NCBI GenBank assembly: GCA_047017005.1
Contig: JBKXSZ010000003.1
Coordinates: 2,069-66,068, forward strand
DNA from: Clostridia bacterium
GTDB lineage: Bacteria > Bacillota > Clostridia > TANB77 > CAG-508
DNA: 64,000 nt
Direction of reading: 5' to 3'
The translations under genes and the position numbers were made by a program. A model generated the notes under the pieces. The model saw only the letters and a list, made by a program, of their open reading frames with translations, had not been told where the DNA came from and made no database searches. Below are positions 38,753 through 49,208 of this stretch, one piece after another (positions within the stretch are counted from its first letter, which is position 1; every line of letters begins with the position of its first letter).

Positions 38753-39109
38753 ATGAATAATTTATTACTATTTTTTGCACTTCCTATTGCCACTATTATC
38801 ATCGCAGCTGTTTTAGAAAGATGTGTTTGCCATAGTCCATGTGCAATTGGAGCATTAGCTTTTGCTATTTTTCTAATTGTGACATATGTATTTTTTGATA
38901 GCAGCTTTTTAGTTTTTGCTTTAATATATACTGTGCTTGCCTATCTATCAGCGCTTATTACAAGATTTATTCGAAATTTATTAAATGATAATGATACAGA
39001 TGATACGTCAAATGAAAATTGTAATGGAAGTGGCTGTGGCTGCGGATGCGGAAGAGGATGTGGCACTGCAACAACAAGTTTAAGTAGAAATTGCTGTAGA
39101 AGAAGATAA
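38753..39109 (+). CDS. Small membrane protein with a Cys/Gly-repeat C-terminal tail
   Basis: Three hydrophobic helices, then NENCNGSGCGCGCGRGCGTATTSLSRNCCRRR. The RBS is AAGGAGAAAGG. Confidence 0.5.
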   Translation: MNNLLLFFALPIATIIIAAVLERCVCHSPCAIGALAFAIFLIVTYVFFDSSFLVFALIYTVLAYLSALITRFIRNLLNDNDTDDTSNENCNGSGCGCGCGRGCGTATTSLSRNCCRRR

Positions 39110-39284
39110 TTTTACTTACTAAAAGATAGAAAGGTAATATATGAAATAGAAGAATGTTAAATAGATGTATTTTTTATACATCTATTTTTACATAAATATA
39201 CTTGATTATCAATCTATTAAGATGTAAAATATTTTTACAATTGATATAAAGAAAAACAGAGATTAAAAACAAAGGAGGAAGAAT

Positions 39285-40067
39285 ATGAAATTACAAGATA
39301 AAGTTGCCATTGTAACAGGAGGAGCAATGGGAAATGGTTTAGGCATTGTAAAGGTATTTTTAAAATACGGAGCAAAAGTTGTCATTTTTGATTATTCAGA
39401 AAAGGTTTATGAAACAGTAGAAAATTTAAAAAAAGAAGGAAATGAAGTTACAGGATATCTAGTTGATATTCGAGATAGTAAAAAGATCGAAGAATGTGTA
39501 AAAGAAGTAATACAAAAATATAAAAAAATTGATATTTTAGTTAATAATGCGGGAGTAGCAAAACTAACACCTTTTTTAGAGACAACAGATGAGATAAGAG
39601 ATTTTCATTTTGATATTAATATTAAAGGAACTTGGAATATGTCAAAGGCTGTAATACCATATATGCCAGAAGACAGTGCTATTGTCAACATTTCTTCTGT
39701 TACAGGTACCATGGTAGCAGATACAGGAGAGGTTGCATATGCTACAACAAAAGCAGCTCTGTTAGGATTTACAAAGGGATTAGCAGCAGAAGTGGTAGAA
39801 AAGGGAATCCGTGTCAATGCAATTTTACCAGGATATATTATGACACCAATGGTAGAGGGAATTGCAAAAGATTCAGACAGTAATAATCCAAAAGAAGTAG
39901 TAGAAGGAATTGCCAAAGGAATTCCAATGAAGCGATTAGGTACAATAGAAGAATTAGGAGAATTAGCTGCATTTCTAGCAAGTAGCCAAGCATCTTATTT
40001 AACGGGACAAGGTTATGTAATCGATGGAGGCTCTACTCTACCAGAAACGATGAGCGTAGGTATATAA
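39285..40067 (+). CDS. SDR-family oxidoreductase
   Basis: Cofactor motif TGGAMGNGLG, NNAG, and catalytic YATTKAA (YxxxK). Confidence 0.85.
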   Translation: MKLQDKVAIVTGGAMGNGLGIVKVFLKYGAKVVIFDYSEKVYETVENLKKEGNEVTGYLVDIRDSKKIEECVKEVIQKYKKIDILVNNAGVAKLTPFLETTDEIRDFHFDINIKGTWNMSKAVIPYMPEDSAIVNISSVTGTMVADTGEVAYATTKAALLGFTKGLAAEVVEKGIRVNAILPGYIMTPMVEGIAKDSDSNNPKEVVEGIAKGIPMKRLGTIEELGELAAFLASSQASYLTGQGYVIDGGSTLPETMSVGI

Positions 40068-40211
40068 TAGAAGATAAAAAAGTAGAACATATTTCATACT
40101 TTCGAAATATGTTCTACTTTTTTGGGATAAAATACAAAAAGACATAGAAAAAGTGTTGCTTGTTAAAATTTAAAGAGCATGATAGAATAAAGAAGAAAAA
40201 GGAGCAAAAGC

Positions 40212-40448
40212 ATGAGATTAGATAAATTTTTAAAAGTGTCAAGAGTAATAAAAAGAAGAACAATAGCCAACGAAGTAGCAGATAATGGTAGAGTAAAAGT
40301 AAATGGAAAACAGGTAAAACCAAGTTATGAGGTAAAAGTGGGAGATATTGTAGAAATACAATTTGGAGATAAAATATCAAAATTTGAAATTTTATTAGTT
40401 CCAAAAGTACAAGGAAAAAATATGGGAGAACTTATTAAGGTCCTATAA
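40212..40448 (+). CDS. rqcP: S4-domain RNA-binding protein RqcP/YabO (Hsp15-like)
   Basis: [45 protein letters not shown] closely parallels B. subtilis YabO. Confidence 0.75.
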   Translation: MRLDKFLKVSRVIKRRTIANEVADNGRVKVNGKQVKPSYEVKVGDIVEIQFGDKISKFEILLVPKVQGKNMGELIKVL

Positions 40449-40485
40449 CAACAAAGTAGATAACCTGTGGAAAGGAACAGAAAAA

Positions 40486-41199
40486 ATGAGGAGAAAAGTG
40501 GAAAATAAAAAGCTAACCGAAGAAGAGGAAGAACAAAAAGCAAAGAGAACACAGATAATTAATATGTGCATTACGAATATTGTAAGACTGTTACTAGTAT
40601 TAATCATTGTAAGAGGAATTTTAATAAAAGACTATAACCAACTTTTTATCGCAGTAGTGACAATTGCCTTAACCTACTATCCTAGTATTTTATCTAAAAG
40701 ATTTGGAGTATACTTGCCCGCTACAATGCAAATTGTTATTACTCTCTTTATCTTTGGAGCACAGTATTTAGGAGAAATAAAAGACTTTTACCGAATCTTT
40801 CCTTGGTGGGATACCCTATTACACACAACTTCTGGTGTCATCATTGGAGTTATTGGATTTATGTTTGTCTATCTATTAAATGATAGATATGGAAAGAAAG
40901 TAAAATTAAGTCCTTTCTTTGTGGTTATGTTTGCATTTTGTTTTGCTGTTACAATGGGAGTATTTTGGGAATTCTTTGAATTTGGAATGGACCGTGTATT
41001 TGGCACCAACATGCAAAAATTCCGTTTTCCAGAACTAGGAGATGATGGTTTAGTAGATACAATGGGAGATTTATTAGTTGATGCTATTGGAGCTTTTATT
41101 ACATCCGTTATTGGATATATATATATAAAGAAGAAAAATGATGTTTTATTTCGTGATTGGTTTAAAGGTTGGTTTCGAAAAGAAAAAAAGGAAAATTAA
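40486..41199 (+). CDS. Polytopic membrane protein (family uncertain)
   Basis: 237 aa with about 5 TM helices and the conserved-looking block FPWWDTLLHTTSG. I cannot place it confidently. Confidence 0.5.
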   Translation: MRRKVENKKLTEEEEEQKAKRTQIINMCITNIVRLLLVLIIVRGILIKDYNQLFIAVVTIALTYYPSILSKRFGVYLPATMQIVITLFIFGAQYLGEIKDFYRIFPWWDTLLHTTSGVIIGVIGFMFVYLLNDRYGKKVKLSPFFVVMFAFCFAVTMGVFWEFFEFGMDRVFGTNMQKFRFPELGDDGLVDTMGDLLVDAIGAFITSVIGYIYIKKKNDVLFRDWFKGWFRKEKKEN

Positions 41200-41307
41200 A
41201 ATAAAAGAAAGAAGGAAAGAGCATAAAAAGTAATGTTCGCCCCTTTTTTTTTGTGCTTTTTTGTCATATAATAGGCCTAGAGAAAAAAGAAAAGAAGGAA
41301 GTAAAAA

Positions 41308-44300
41308 ATGGCGGATTTTGTACATTTACATGTCCATAGTGAATATAGTTTACTAGATGGAGCAAACCGAATAAAAGATTTACCAGTTCGTGCAAAGGAA
41401 CTAGGAATGAAAGCAATGGCGATTACAGACCATGGAGCTATGTATGGTGTTATTGACTTCTATAAAGCATGCAAAAAAGAAGGAATTAAACCAATTATTG
41501 GTTGTGAAGTTTATGTGGCACCTAGAAGTAGATTTGATAAAGAACCAAATATAGATAATAAATATAACCACTTAATCTTACTTGCTAAAGATAATAAAGG
41601 GTATCAAAACTTAAGTAAATTAGTATCGATTGGATTTGTAGATGGTTATTACTATAAACCTCGTATTGACTTAGAGGTGCTAGAACAGTATCATGAAGGA
41701 CTAATTTGTTGTAGTGCTTGTTTAGCAGGTGCTGTTAACCAAGCAATTTTAGCAAAAGATATGCAAAAAGCAGAGGAGACTGCACTTTGGTATAAAAACT
41801 TATTTAGAGAAGATTACTATTTAGAAGTGCAAAATAATGGAATCAAAGAACAAGTATTAGTAAATCAAAAGCTAATCGAACTTTCTCGTAAATTGGATAT
41901 TCCACTTGTTGCAACCAATGATGCACACTACTTGAAACGTGAAGACGCATATAACCATGAAGTACTATTATGTATTCAAACCGGTAAAAAAATGAGTGAC
42001 TTAGATAGAATGCGTTTTGAAAGTGATGAACTCTATGTAAAATCACCAAATGAAATGAGTGAGTATTTTAAAAATATTCCAGATGCGATTGAAAATACCG
42101 TAAAGATAGCTGAAAAATGCAATGTAGAATTTGAATTTGGACATACCATCTTGCCAAATTATGATGTGCCAGCGGAATTTCCAACTCACTATGACTATCT
42201 AAAAAAACTATGTGATGATGGGTTAAAAGAAAGATATGGAGAAAATTTATCCGAAGAAATCCAAAAAAGATCAGAATATGAAATTGGTGTTATCCATAAG
42301 ATGGGATATGTAGACTATTATCTTATCGTTTGGGACTTTATTCATTATGCTAAATCCCATGGTATACCGGTAGGACCAGGACGTGGTTCTGGAGCAGGTT
42401 CTATTCTTGCTTATGCTATTGGAATCACCGATATAGACCCAATGAAATATAACCTACTGTTTGAGCGTTTTTTAAATCCAGAAAGAGTAAGTATGCCAGA
42501 CTTTGATGTAGACTTTTGCTATGAGAGAAGAGGAGAAGTTATTGACTATGTAGAAAGAAAATATGGACATGACCATGTTTCCCAGATTATTACCTTTGGT
42601 ACGATGTCTGCTAGAATGGTTATTCGCGATGTAGGAAGAGCTTTAGATGTACCATATGCAGAATGTGATAAATTAGCGAAAATGATTCCATTTGAAGTAC
42701 ATATTACGATAAAGAAAGCGATGGAACAAAATAGAGAACTAAAAGAAATCTATGAAGCAGACCCAGGTACTAAAAAACTGTTAGATATTGCCATGGCACT
42801 AGAAGGACTTCCAAGACAGGCATCTACTCATGCTTGTGGAATCGTTATTACTAAAGAACCAGTAGATACCTATGTTCCGCTTTATGTAAGAGATGGCAAT
42901 ATTTCAACCCAATTTATCATGACTACATTAGAAGAATTAGGACTATTAAAAATGGATTTTTTAGGTCTTCGAACCTTAACGGTTATCGAAGATGCAAAAA
43001 AGCTAGTAAAGAAAAATAGAGGGATTGATGTTGAATTTGATAAAGATATGAATGACCCCAGAGTATATAAACTATGGGCAGATGGCAATTCCGTTGGTAT
43101 TTTCCAATTTGAAAGCCAAGGAATGACAAACTTCATGAAAGAATTAAAACCAGATAGTCTAGAAGATATTATCGCAGGAGTTTCCCTATATCGTCCAGGC
43201 CCAATGGACCAAATTCCAAGATATATCCAGAATAAAAAGGACCCAGAGCATGCGGTATATACCCATCCAGCCTTAAAGCCAATTTTAAATGTAACATATG
43301 GTTGTATGGTATACCAAGAACAGGTTATGCAGATTGTGCGTGAACTAGCAGGATACTCTTTAGGAAGAGCCGATATCGTAAGAAGAGCCATGGGTAAGAA
43401 AAAATTAGATGTTATGGCAAAAGAAAGAGAATACTTTATTCATGGAAAACTAGATGAAGAAGGAAATGTTGAAATTCCAGGTTGTATTCGTAATGGAATT
43501 GATGAAAAATCAGCCAATAAAATATTCGATGAAATGGCAGAGTTTGCAAAATATGCATTTAATAAATCCCATGCTGCAGCTTATGCCGTGGTATCTTATC
43601 GAACAGCATATTTAAAAGCATATTATCCAGAAGAATTTATGGCAGCTACATTAAATAGCTTTTTAGGAAACTTGGATAAAATCCCAGGATATATTGATGA
43701 ATGTAGAAGATTACACATTGAAATATTAAAACCAGATATTAATAAAAGTGAAACCAAATTTACAGTAGATAAAGGAAAAATACGTTTTGGATTAGGAAGT
43801 ATCAAAAATGTAGGAATTGCAGCTGTTGATAGCATCGTAAAAGAAAGAAAAGAAAATGGAGATTTTGTAAGCTTCCAGGATTTCTGTGAAAGAATCCAAA
43901 GCGAATCGGTAAATAAAAAATGTATTGAAAGTTTAATCAAAGCAGGAGCTTTTGATGGATTTGAACAAACAAGAAGTACCTTAATGGCATCTTTTGAAGG
44001 AATTATTGATACCATTTCAGAAAGTACAAAAAAGAATTTTAAAGGACAAGTAACCCTATTTGACTTAGGTGGAGAAGAGCAAGATAAAATGGAGGAATTT
44101 AAATATACCTTCACAACATTAGAGGAATATTCCGAAAAAGAAATGCTATTTATGGAAAAAGAAATGCTTGGAATCTATATCACAGGACATCCACTAGAAG
44201 GGGTTCGAGAGCAAATAGAGCAGCAAACCAATATTAATAGTTTACAGATGAAACAAATTACAGAAGAAATGCAAATGCAAAATGGAAAAACTTCCTACCA

Positions 44301-44784
44301 GGATGGACAATTTGTAAAATATGCGGGAATCATTACAAGTGTAAAGAAAAAGTATACCAAAACTAATAAAATTATGGCATTTGTTACCGTCGAAGATTTA
44401 TATGGACAAACAGAAATAATCGTATTTGAAAATTGTTATCAAGGATGTTCTAATATTTTGTTAGAAGATAATATTATTTTAGTAGAGGGTCGATTGAGCA
44501 TTCGTGAAGATGAAGATGTAAAAATAGTAGCACGCGAAATTAAAGAATTTGGGGTAAAAAAGAAGAGCATTTTAAATATACAAATTGATAATATAGAAGA
44601 AGAACAAAAAGAAAAGTTAAGAGGAATGCTAAAGTTCTTTATGGGAGAGAGAAACAACATGCCAGTTCAAGTAATTGAAAAAGGAGAAATAAAACCTTGT
44701 GGTGCTATTTTCTGTAATGATAGGATCTTACAAGAATTCAAAGAATTAGTAGGGGAAACAAGGGTTGAAATAAAAGAAATATAG
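41308..44784 (+). CDS. dnaE: DNA polymerase III alpha subunit (DnaE type)
   Basis: 1158 aa. PHP domain FVHLHVHSEYSLLDG, polymerase core GPGRGSGAGS, PDFDVDF, and a C-terminal OB region. Confidence 0.95.
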   Translation: MADFVHLHVHSEYSLLDGANRIKDLPVRAKELGMKAMAITDHGAMYGVIDFYKACKKEGIKPIIGCEVYVAPRSRFDKEPNIDNKYNHLILLAKDNKGYQNLSKLVSIGFVDGYYYKPRIDLEVLEQYHEGLICCSACLAGAVNQAILAKDMQKAEETALWYKNLFREDYYLEVQNNGIKEQVLVNQKLIELSRKLDIPLVATNDAHYLKREDAYNHEVLLCIQTGKKMSDLDRMRFESDELYVKSPNEMSEYFKNIPDAIENTVKIAEKCNVEFEFGHTILPNYDVPAEFPTHYDYLKKLCDDGLKERYGENLSEEIQKRSEYEIGVIHKMGYVDYYLIVWDFIHYAKSHGIPVGPGRGSGAGSILAYAIGITDIDPMKYNLLFERFLNPERVSMPDFDVDFCYERRGEVIDYVERKYGHDHVSQIITFGTMSARMVIRDVGRALDVPYAECDKLAKMIPFEVHITIKKAMEQNRELKEIYEADPGTKKLLDIAMALEGLPRQASTHACGIVITKEPVDTYVPLYVRDGNISTQFIMTTLEELGLLKMDFLGLRTLTVIEDAKKLVKKNRGIDVEFDKDMNDPRVYKLWADGNSVGIFQFESQGMTNFMKELKPDSLEDIIAGVSLYRPGPMDQIPRYIQNKKDPEHAVYTHPALKPILNVTYGCMVYQEQVMQIVRELAGYSLGRADIVRRAMGKKKLDVMAKEREYFIHGKLDEEGNVEIPGCIRNGIDEKSANKIFDEMAEFAKYAFNKSHAAAYAVVSYRTAYLKAYYPEEFMAATLNSFLGNLDKIPGYIDECRRLHIEILKPDINKSETKFTVDKGKIRFGLGSIKNVGIAAVDSIVKERKENGDFVSFQDFCERIQSESVNKKCIESLIKAGAFDGFEQTRSTLMASFEGIIDTISESTKKNFKGQVTLFDLGGEEQDKMEEFKYTFTTLEEYSEKEMLFMEKEMLGIYITGHPLEGVREQIEQQTNINSLQMKQITEEMQMQNGKTSYQDGQFVKYAGIITSVKKKYTKTNKIMAFVTVEDLYGQTEIIVFENCYQGCSNILLEDNIILVEGRLSIREDEDVKIVAREIKEFGVKKKSILNIQIDNIEEEQKEKLRGMLKFFMGERNNMPVQVIEKGEIKPCGAIFCNDRILQEFKELVGETRVEIKEI

Positions 44785-44924
44785 TTCTTACGCAATAAAA
44801 TAAATTAAATAGCTAAGAATAAAGAAAGCAAAAGGAAAATTAAAAGAAAAAGAAGAAAAACTTAGCAGATAGCAATTGGCTATTTTGTAAACAAAAGGAG
44901 AAAGAAAAATAGGAGGAAATAAAA

Positions 44925-45845
44925 TTGGAAAATATGGTTTTTTACTATTTTGATATAGGCTCTTCTACTATAAAAATGTATGAATACAAAGGAAAAAAAG
45001 CAGAACTAATAGAAGAAAGGTCCATTCTATTTAAAGCCTTCTTTTCAGAAGAAAGTGGAGTTAGTACCAAAAACTATCTGAATTTAATGACATTTATCCG
45101 TCAGATGAAAGAAAGATATACCCTAACTATGGAAAATACGAAAATATTAGCAACAGGAATTTGGAGAATGATACCAGAAGAACAGTTAGCAACTTTAAAA
45201 GCAGATTTTCGTTCTCTGAATTTAGAATTTAATGTTATTTCTCATGAACAAGAAAGTAGATATTTTGCAAAAGCCATGCAAGGAATTTATGATAGAAAGA
45301 AAATTGTAATGGTAAATATGGGAGGTAAAACAACGGAGTTGGTTGCCTACGATAAGGGAAATATAGTAAACAAAAAAAACTTAGATATAGGGGTAGCAGA
45401 TGTGCTAAATCATTATCCAAGAATCAATGAATTAGAAGAAAAAGTCACAGTAGATAAAGCTATTGCATATATCAAAACGCTTCTTCCAAATGAAGCATGG
45501 GAAAAAGACTTTGATGCAGCGATTTATACAGGAGCAGAATTACGTTTTCAAAGGCTAACTCAATATCCGTTAGTTGAAAATACCATATTCAAGGATAACT
45601 TACATCCTGTCATGGTAAGTTTAGATGATTTTAAAAAGCGTAATCGAGAAATAGTTGAAGCAACAAAGATGAAAGATCTATACGAGTTAATGCCAACCAA
45701 CCCTGGGTGGATGGAAGGTGCAAAAGCAGGAGTATGTCTAGCAGAAGCTGTTTTTGACTGGCTTTCTATTAAATGGATTATACCATCAGACTTAAATATG
45801 ATAGATGGAGTTGTAAAGATGGAACAGAGATACAAAAGCAAGTAG
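44925..45845 (+). CDS. Hypothetical protein, possibly ASKHA (actin-like/Ppx-GppA-like) ATPase fold
   Basis: YFDIGSSTIKMYEY and VMVNMGGKTTELV resemble the phosphate-1/2 motifs of ASKHA proteins. This is a weak assignment. Confidence 0.4.
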   Translation: MENMVFYYFDIGSSTIKMYEYKGKKAELIEERSILFKAFFSEESGVSTKNYLNLMTFIRQMKERYTLTMENTKILATGIWRMIPEEQLATLKADFRSLNLEFNVISHEQESRYFAKAMQGIYDRKKIVMVNMGGKTTELVAYDKGNIVNKKNLDIGVADVLNHYPRINELEEKVTVDKAIAYIKTLLPNEAWEKDFDAAIYTGAELRFQRLTQYPLVENTIFKDNLHPVMVSLDDFKKRNREIVEATKMKDLYELMPTNPGWMEGAKAGVCLAEAVFDWLSIKWIIPSDLNMIDGVVKMEQRYKSK

Positions 45846-45866
45846 AACAAGAAATAAAAGAGAAAA

Positions 45867-45907
45867 AGAATTCGAAAAAAAAGATAAATATTCGAATTCT
45901 TTTTTTA
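45867..45907 (+). terminator. Rho-independent terminator
   Basis: AGAATTCGAA-N14-TTCGAATTCT followed by TTTTTT. Confidence 0.6.
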
Positions 45908-46095
45908 TGAAAATTCGTATATAAAAAACAAACTGTGGAAAAAAAGAGGACAAAATTGCAAGAAAATATAATTTCCAAAAGTAGTTATCCACACTTTTTT
46001 TCAAGCATTTTACAAATATGTGACATTTCCGAAAATATATTGAAAGAAAAAGATAAATCCAATATAATCTAAAACATGCCAAACAAGAGAGGAAG

Positions 46096-46557
46096 ATGAA
46101 AATGATACGAGTCAGATTAGCGGGAGTGCTTCCCATGGAAAATGGCTTTGCATTTATGCACCGAACCAATGTAAAACATCATGAGCCATCTGATTACTAT
46201 ACCTTTCCAGGTGGAGGCTTAGAAGAAAATGAAACATATGAAGAAGGCTGTAGAAGAGAAATAAAAGAAGAATTTGGAATCGATGTAACAGTAGGAAAAT
46301 TACTATATCATATAGAAAAAGATCAAGCGGATGAATATTTCTATTTATGCAATTATGAAAGTGGATATATGGGAACAGGAACAGGGCCAGAATTTTCAGG
46401 AAATCCTAAGTATGCCGATAGAGGAAATTACCTTCCAGAAATTATTGCAAAAGAAAATGTGAAAGATATTTTGTTATTACCACCAGAAGTAAAAGAAATG
46501 TTAGTAGAAGATATTGAAAAGGGTGTTTTTGATTTGTATTTCAGGGAAGAGAAGTAA
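46096..46557 (+). CDS. NUDIX hydrolase
   Basis: Nudix box GGGLEENETYEEGCRREIKEEFG. Confidence 0.75.
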   Translation: MKMIRVRLAGVLPMENGFAFMHRTNVKHHEPSDYYTFPGGGLEENETYEEGCRREIKEEFGIDVTVGKLLYHIEKDQADEYFYLCNYESGYMGTGTGPEFSGNPKYADRGNYLPEIIAKENVKDILLLPPEVKEMLVEDIEKGVFDLYFREEK

Positions 46558-46646
46558 GAAAATACAAAATGAATAAAAAAGAATAAAAGTAAAAAGAAAT
46601 GAAAACATAAGAAAAATTGAAATAAAGTAAAAGGAGCGTTCTAGGA

Positions 46647-47186
46647 ATGATAATATTAATAGGGGAAAGCGGTTCAGGAAAAACAACAATATTAAATGAA
46701 TTAGAAAAAAGAGGTTTTGAAAAAGCCATTAATCATACAACAAGAAAACCAAGGGATGGAGAAGAGACATTAAAAGAATATGAATTTGTAACAAAAGAAG
46801 AATTTGAAGAAATGTGGAAAAAAGGAAAATTAGTACAACGTGCAGAATTTAATGGAGAATACTATGGAATTTCCACAGAATCTTTAAAAGACAATGTAGC
46901 TTGTATTTTGATCGTAGATTCAATTCAAGATATAAAAGATAGAATCTTAGAACTTGGATTAAATGGAATTAATATTCAATCTTTCTATATTCATGTTCCA
47001 GTTGACGAAAGAACAAAAAGAATGCTAAAAAGAGGAGATAATATTGAAAGTATCCAAAGAAAGATACAAATTGATAAAGAAAAATTTAAAGAAGCAAGAG
47101 AAGTTGCAGATTTTGTAATAGAGAATAACGAAATAGAAGAAACTGTGGAAAAAATAATTACACTATCTAATTTAGTAAGTGCCTAG
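46647..47186 (+). CDS. Guanylate kinase-like protein (paralogue type)
   Basis: P-loop GESGSGKTT, then HTTRKPRDGEETLKEYEFVTKEEFEEM. Confidence 0.65.
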   Translation: MIILIGESGSGKTTILNELEKRGFEKAINHTTRKPRDGEETLKEYEFVTKEEFEEMWKKGKLVQRAEFNGEYYGISTESLKDNVACILIVDSIQDIKDRILELGLNGINIQSFYIHVPVDERTKRMLKRGDNIESIQRKIQIDKEKFKEAREVADFVIENNEIEETVEKIITLSNLVSA

Positions 47187-47268
47187 AATTGTAGGCGCTT
47201 CTTTTTTAGATAAAAAGAAAAAATAGCATATAAAGTTAAACAAATAGAAAAGAAAAACATGGTAATTA

Positions 47269-47297
47269 TTGACAGGTTACATAAAGCAATGTATAAT
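47269..47297 (+). promoter_or_regulatory. Consensus promoter with extended -10 upstream of the 47393/47429 gene
   Basis: TTGACA (47269-47274), 17-nt spacer ending TG, TATAAT (47292-47297). The leader carries the hairpins AGGTCAC-AAA-GTGACCT and GTTTTCAC-N11-GTGAAAAC. Confidence 0.6.
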
Positions 47298-47428
47298 TTT
47301 AATAGGTCACAAAGTGACCTTAGAATGTTTCTTTGTTTTTATGGTTTTCACAAGACATGCAAGTGAAAACATCGAAAGGAGGATTGAGAACCATGGGAAC
47401 AATTTGAACAGCAGGTTTATGTTCGGTT

Positions 47429-48121
47429 ATGGCTGCTTCGGCTGTGACTGGTCTGAATTATGAGATAACTATTCAGTATCAAGAGCCAATTATTAAGAAT
47501 GAGAACATACTATATGAGACCAGAAATTTAGGAGTTGAAGCAGAGGAGCTTCCTACTGTAAAGCTGATAAAAGTAGAAACAGAAACACAAGAAACTAAGA
47601 ACCAAAGGTTTTTAGAAGAAGTCGAAAAACAGAAAGCTTTACAGGAAAAAGAAAAGGAACGGGAAAAAGCCAGAGAGGCAGCATTCTATGCAAAGGTTGG
47701 AGATGGAAATCAACGACTAGACCAACCAAGCGGATTATCGGATGAGGTGATTTTAGCGAAATATAAAAATTATCCTTATCATCCTTTGGTTAGGAAATAT
47801 GCAGAAGGGTGTTTAGCGTATTCTAAAAAGTACCACATGAATGAGTTTATTGTGGGAGCCATTATGACAGTGGAGGCATCTGCAGATGAGAGTGCAACAA
47901 ATTTAACTGGTCAATCATACCCCGACGGAAGCCAGGGATTGCAATATGATTCCGTAGAACAGTGCTTTGATGCTACTTTTGAAAATTGGAGAAAGAACTA
48001 TTTCCAGGGGGGATACAGAACTTTAGATAGATTTGTAGGCCACCATAATGAATTTCCAAAAGTTCAGCAGAAAATTAAAGATTACTATATGGCATTGGCG
48101 ACAGTACCAGTAAATAACTAA
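47429..48121 (+). CDS. Hypothetical protein; the RBS-proximal ATG at 47393 is followed by an in-frame TGA at 47402-47404
   Basis: AAGGAGG, 7 nt, then ATG GGA ACA ATT TGA ACA GCA GGT TTA TGT TCG GTT ATG(47429).... It is visibly GC-richer than the flanks and contains an in-frame CGG at 47660. No family recognised. Confidence 0.5.
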   Translation: MAASAVTGLNYEITIQYQEPIIKNENILYETRNLGVEAEELPTVKLIKVETETQETKNQRFLEEVEKQKALQEKEKEREKAREAAFYAKVGDGNQRLDQPSGLSDEVILAKYKNYPYHPLVRKYAEGCLAYSKKYHMNEFIVGAIMTVEASADESATNLTGQSYPDGSQGLQYDSVEQCFDATFENWRKNYFQGGYRTLDRFVGHHNEFPKVQQKIKDYYMALATVPVNN

Positions 48122-48154
48122 ACCTGTCTGAAAGGAAAGCTGCTGTAGCAGCTG

Positions 48155-48190
48155 AAAACAGTTACATGTAAATCATGTAACTGTTTTTTT
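48155..48190 (+). terminator. Rho-independent terminator
   Basis: AAAACAGTTACATG-TAAAT-CATGTAACTGTTTT followed by TTT. Confidence 0.75.
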
Positions 48191-48287
48191 CGGCGAAAAT
48201 TACTATGTCTTACTAAATTTTTTCCAAATATTGACTATTAAAACTAAATATGATAATATTTTTTTATAAAATAAAAGGAGGAATGTT

Positions 48288-49124
48288 ATGAAAAACAAAA
48301 GAATTGTAATCACGTTATTACTAGCAATAGTAATATTTGCAGGAATGGTAACACAATCATTTGCTGCAATTGGAGATGGAGTTTCAGCTACAGTTACATC
48401 AAATCCAGCTAATGGAGCAGAAGTAAAAGAAGGGGATGAAATTACATATACAATTACATTAAAAAATAACTCTGATAAAGTATATTACATACCAACATTA
48501 ATGACACAAATACCAAGTTCAACAGAATTCGTAAGTATTTCAACAGATAATATGCCAGCAGCTCCAGAAGTTGATGAAGCTACAGGAACAATTACTTGTT
48601 TAGGAGAAAAGCTTGATGCACACGCACAACAAGTATACACATTAAAAGTAAAAGTTACACAAGCTTCAACAGGAGAAATTAATTATGCACACAGAACAGA
48701 ACATGATGAAAATGCATCAGGAGCAGTAATGTTTATGTTATTTAACTCTTTAGATGAAGCAGAATTAAATGAAGTATTTGCAATAATAGAAAGTGATGAA
48801 TTCAACAATGCTGCAACAAGAGATGAAGCACAAGCATTACTTGGAGAAAAAGCATACCTAGGTATAGTTACACAAAAACAATTCCATACAATTGCAAGAA
48901 CAGAACAACCAACAAATCCAGTTCCAAGCACAAAACCAACGACACAAGAACCAGCTATACAAGAACCAGTTATACAAGAACCAGTTATAAAAGAAGAAAA
49001 ACCAACAGTATTACCCAAAACAGGTATGGAAATAAATTATATAGCAATTTCAATAGCATCTTTAATGATTGTTGCAGGAATAGTATTAGTATTAAAAAAG
49101 AGAAAATTTAATAGGATAAAATAA
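48288..49124 (+). CDS. LPXTG-anchored surface protein (DUF11-like repeat domain)
   Basis: Signal peptide KRIVITLLLAIVIFAGMVTQSFA. GDEITYTITLKNNS is DUF11-like. A QEP(A/V)I repeat is followed by the sorting signal LPKTG, a TM helix and KKRKF. Confidence 0.75.
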   Translation: MKNKRIVITLLLAIVIFAGMVTQSFAAIGDGVSATVTSNPANGAEVKEGDEITYTITLKNNSDKVYYIPTLMTQIPSSTEFVSISTDNMPAAPEVDEATGTITCLGEKLDAHAQQVYTLKVKVTQASTGEINYAHRTEHDENASGAVMFMLFNSLDEAELNEVFAIIESDEFNNAATRDEAQALLGEKAYLGIVTQKQFHTIARTEQPTNPVPSTKPTTQEPAIQEPVIQEPVIKEEKPTVLPKTGMEINYIAISIASLMIVAGIVLVLKKRKFNRIK

Positions 49125-49208
49125 CCTATTGAAAAGGACATGTTAAATACTCTTGAATGATAGATTATTTGCATGTCTTTTAAATTTATTAGGCAAAGAG
49201 GGTATACT

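Noticed and set aside
20846-47404. TGA read as Trp (genetic code 4) or as selenocysteine, to explain the in-frame TGAs at 20846 and 47402.
   Set aside because: TGA clearly terminates other genes here (17572-17574 and 20250-20252). No long conserved CDS contains an in-frame TGA. I see no SECIS-like hairpin right after either TGA and no redox-motif context. A nonsense mutation in accessory DNA is simpler.
47269-47463. 64-aa ORF upstream of the 47429 gene.
   Set aside because: Its TTG 'start' is the -35 box of a consensus promoter. The region folds into leader hairpins and is better explained as promoter plus 5' UTR.
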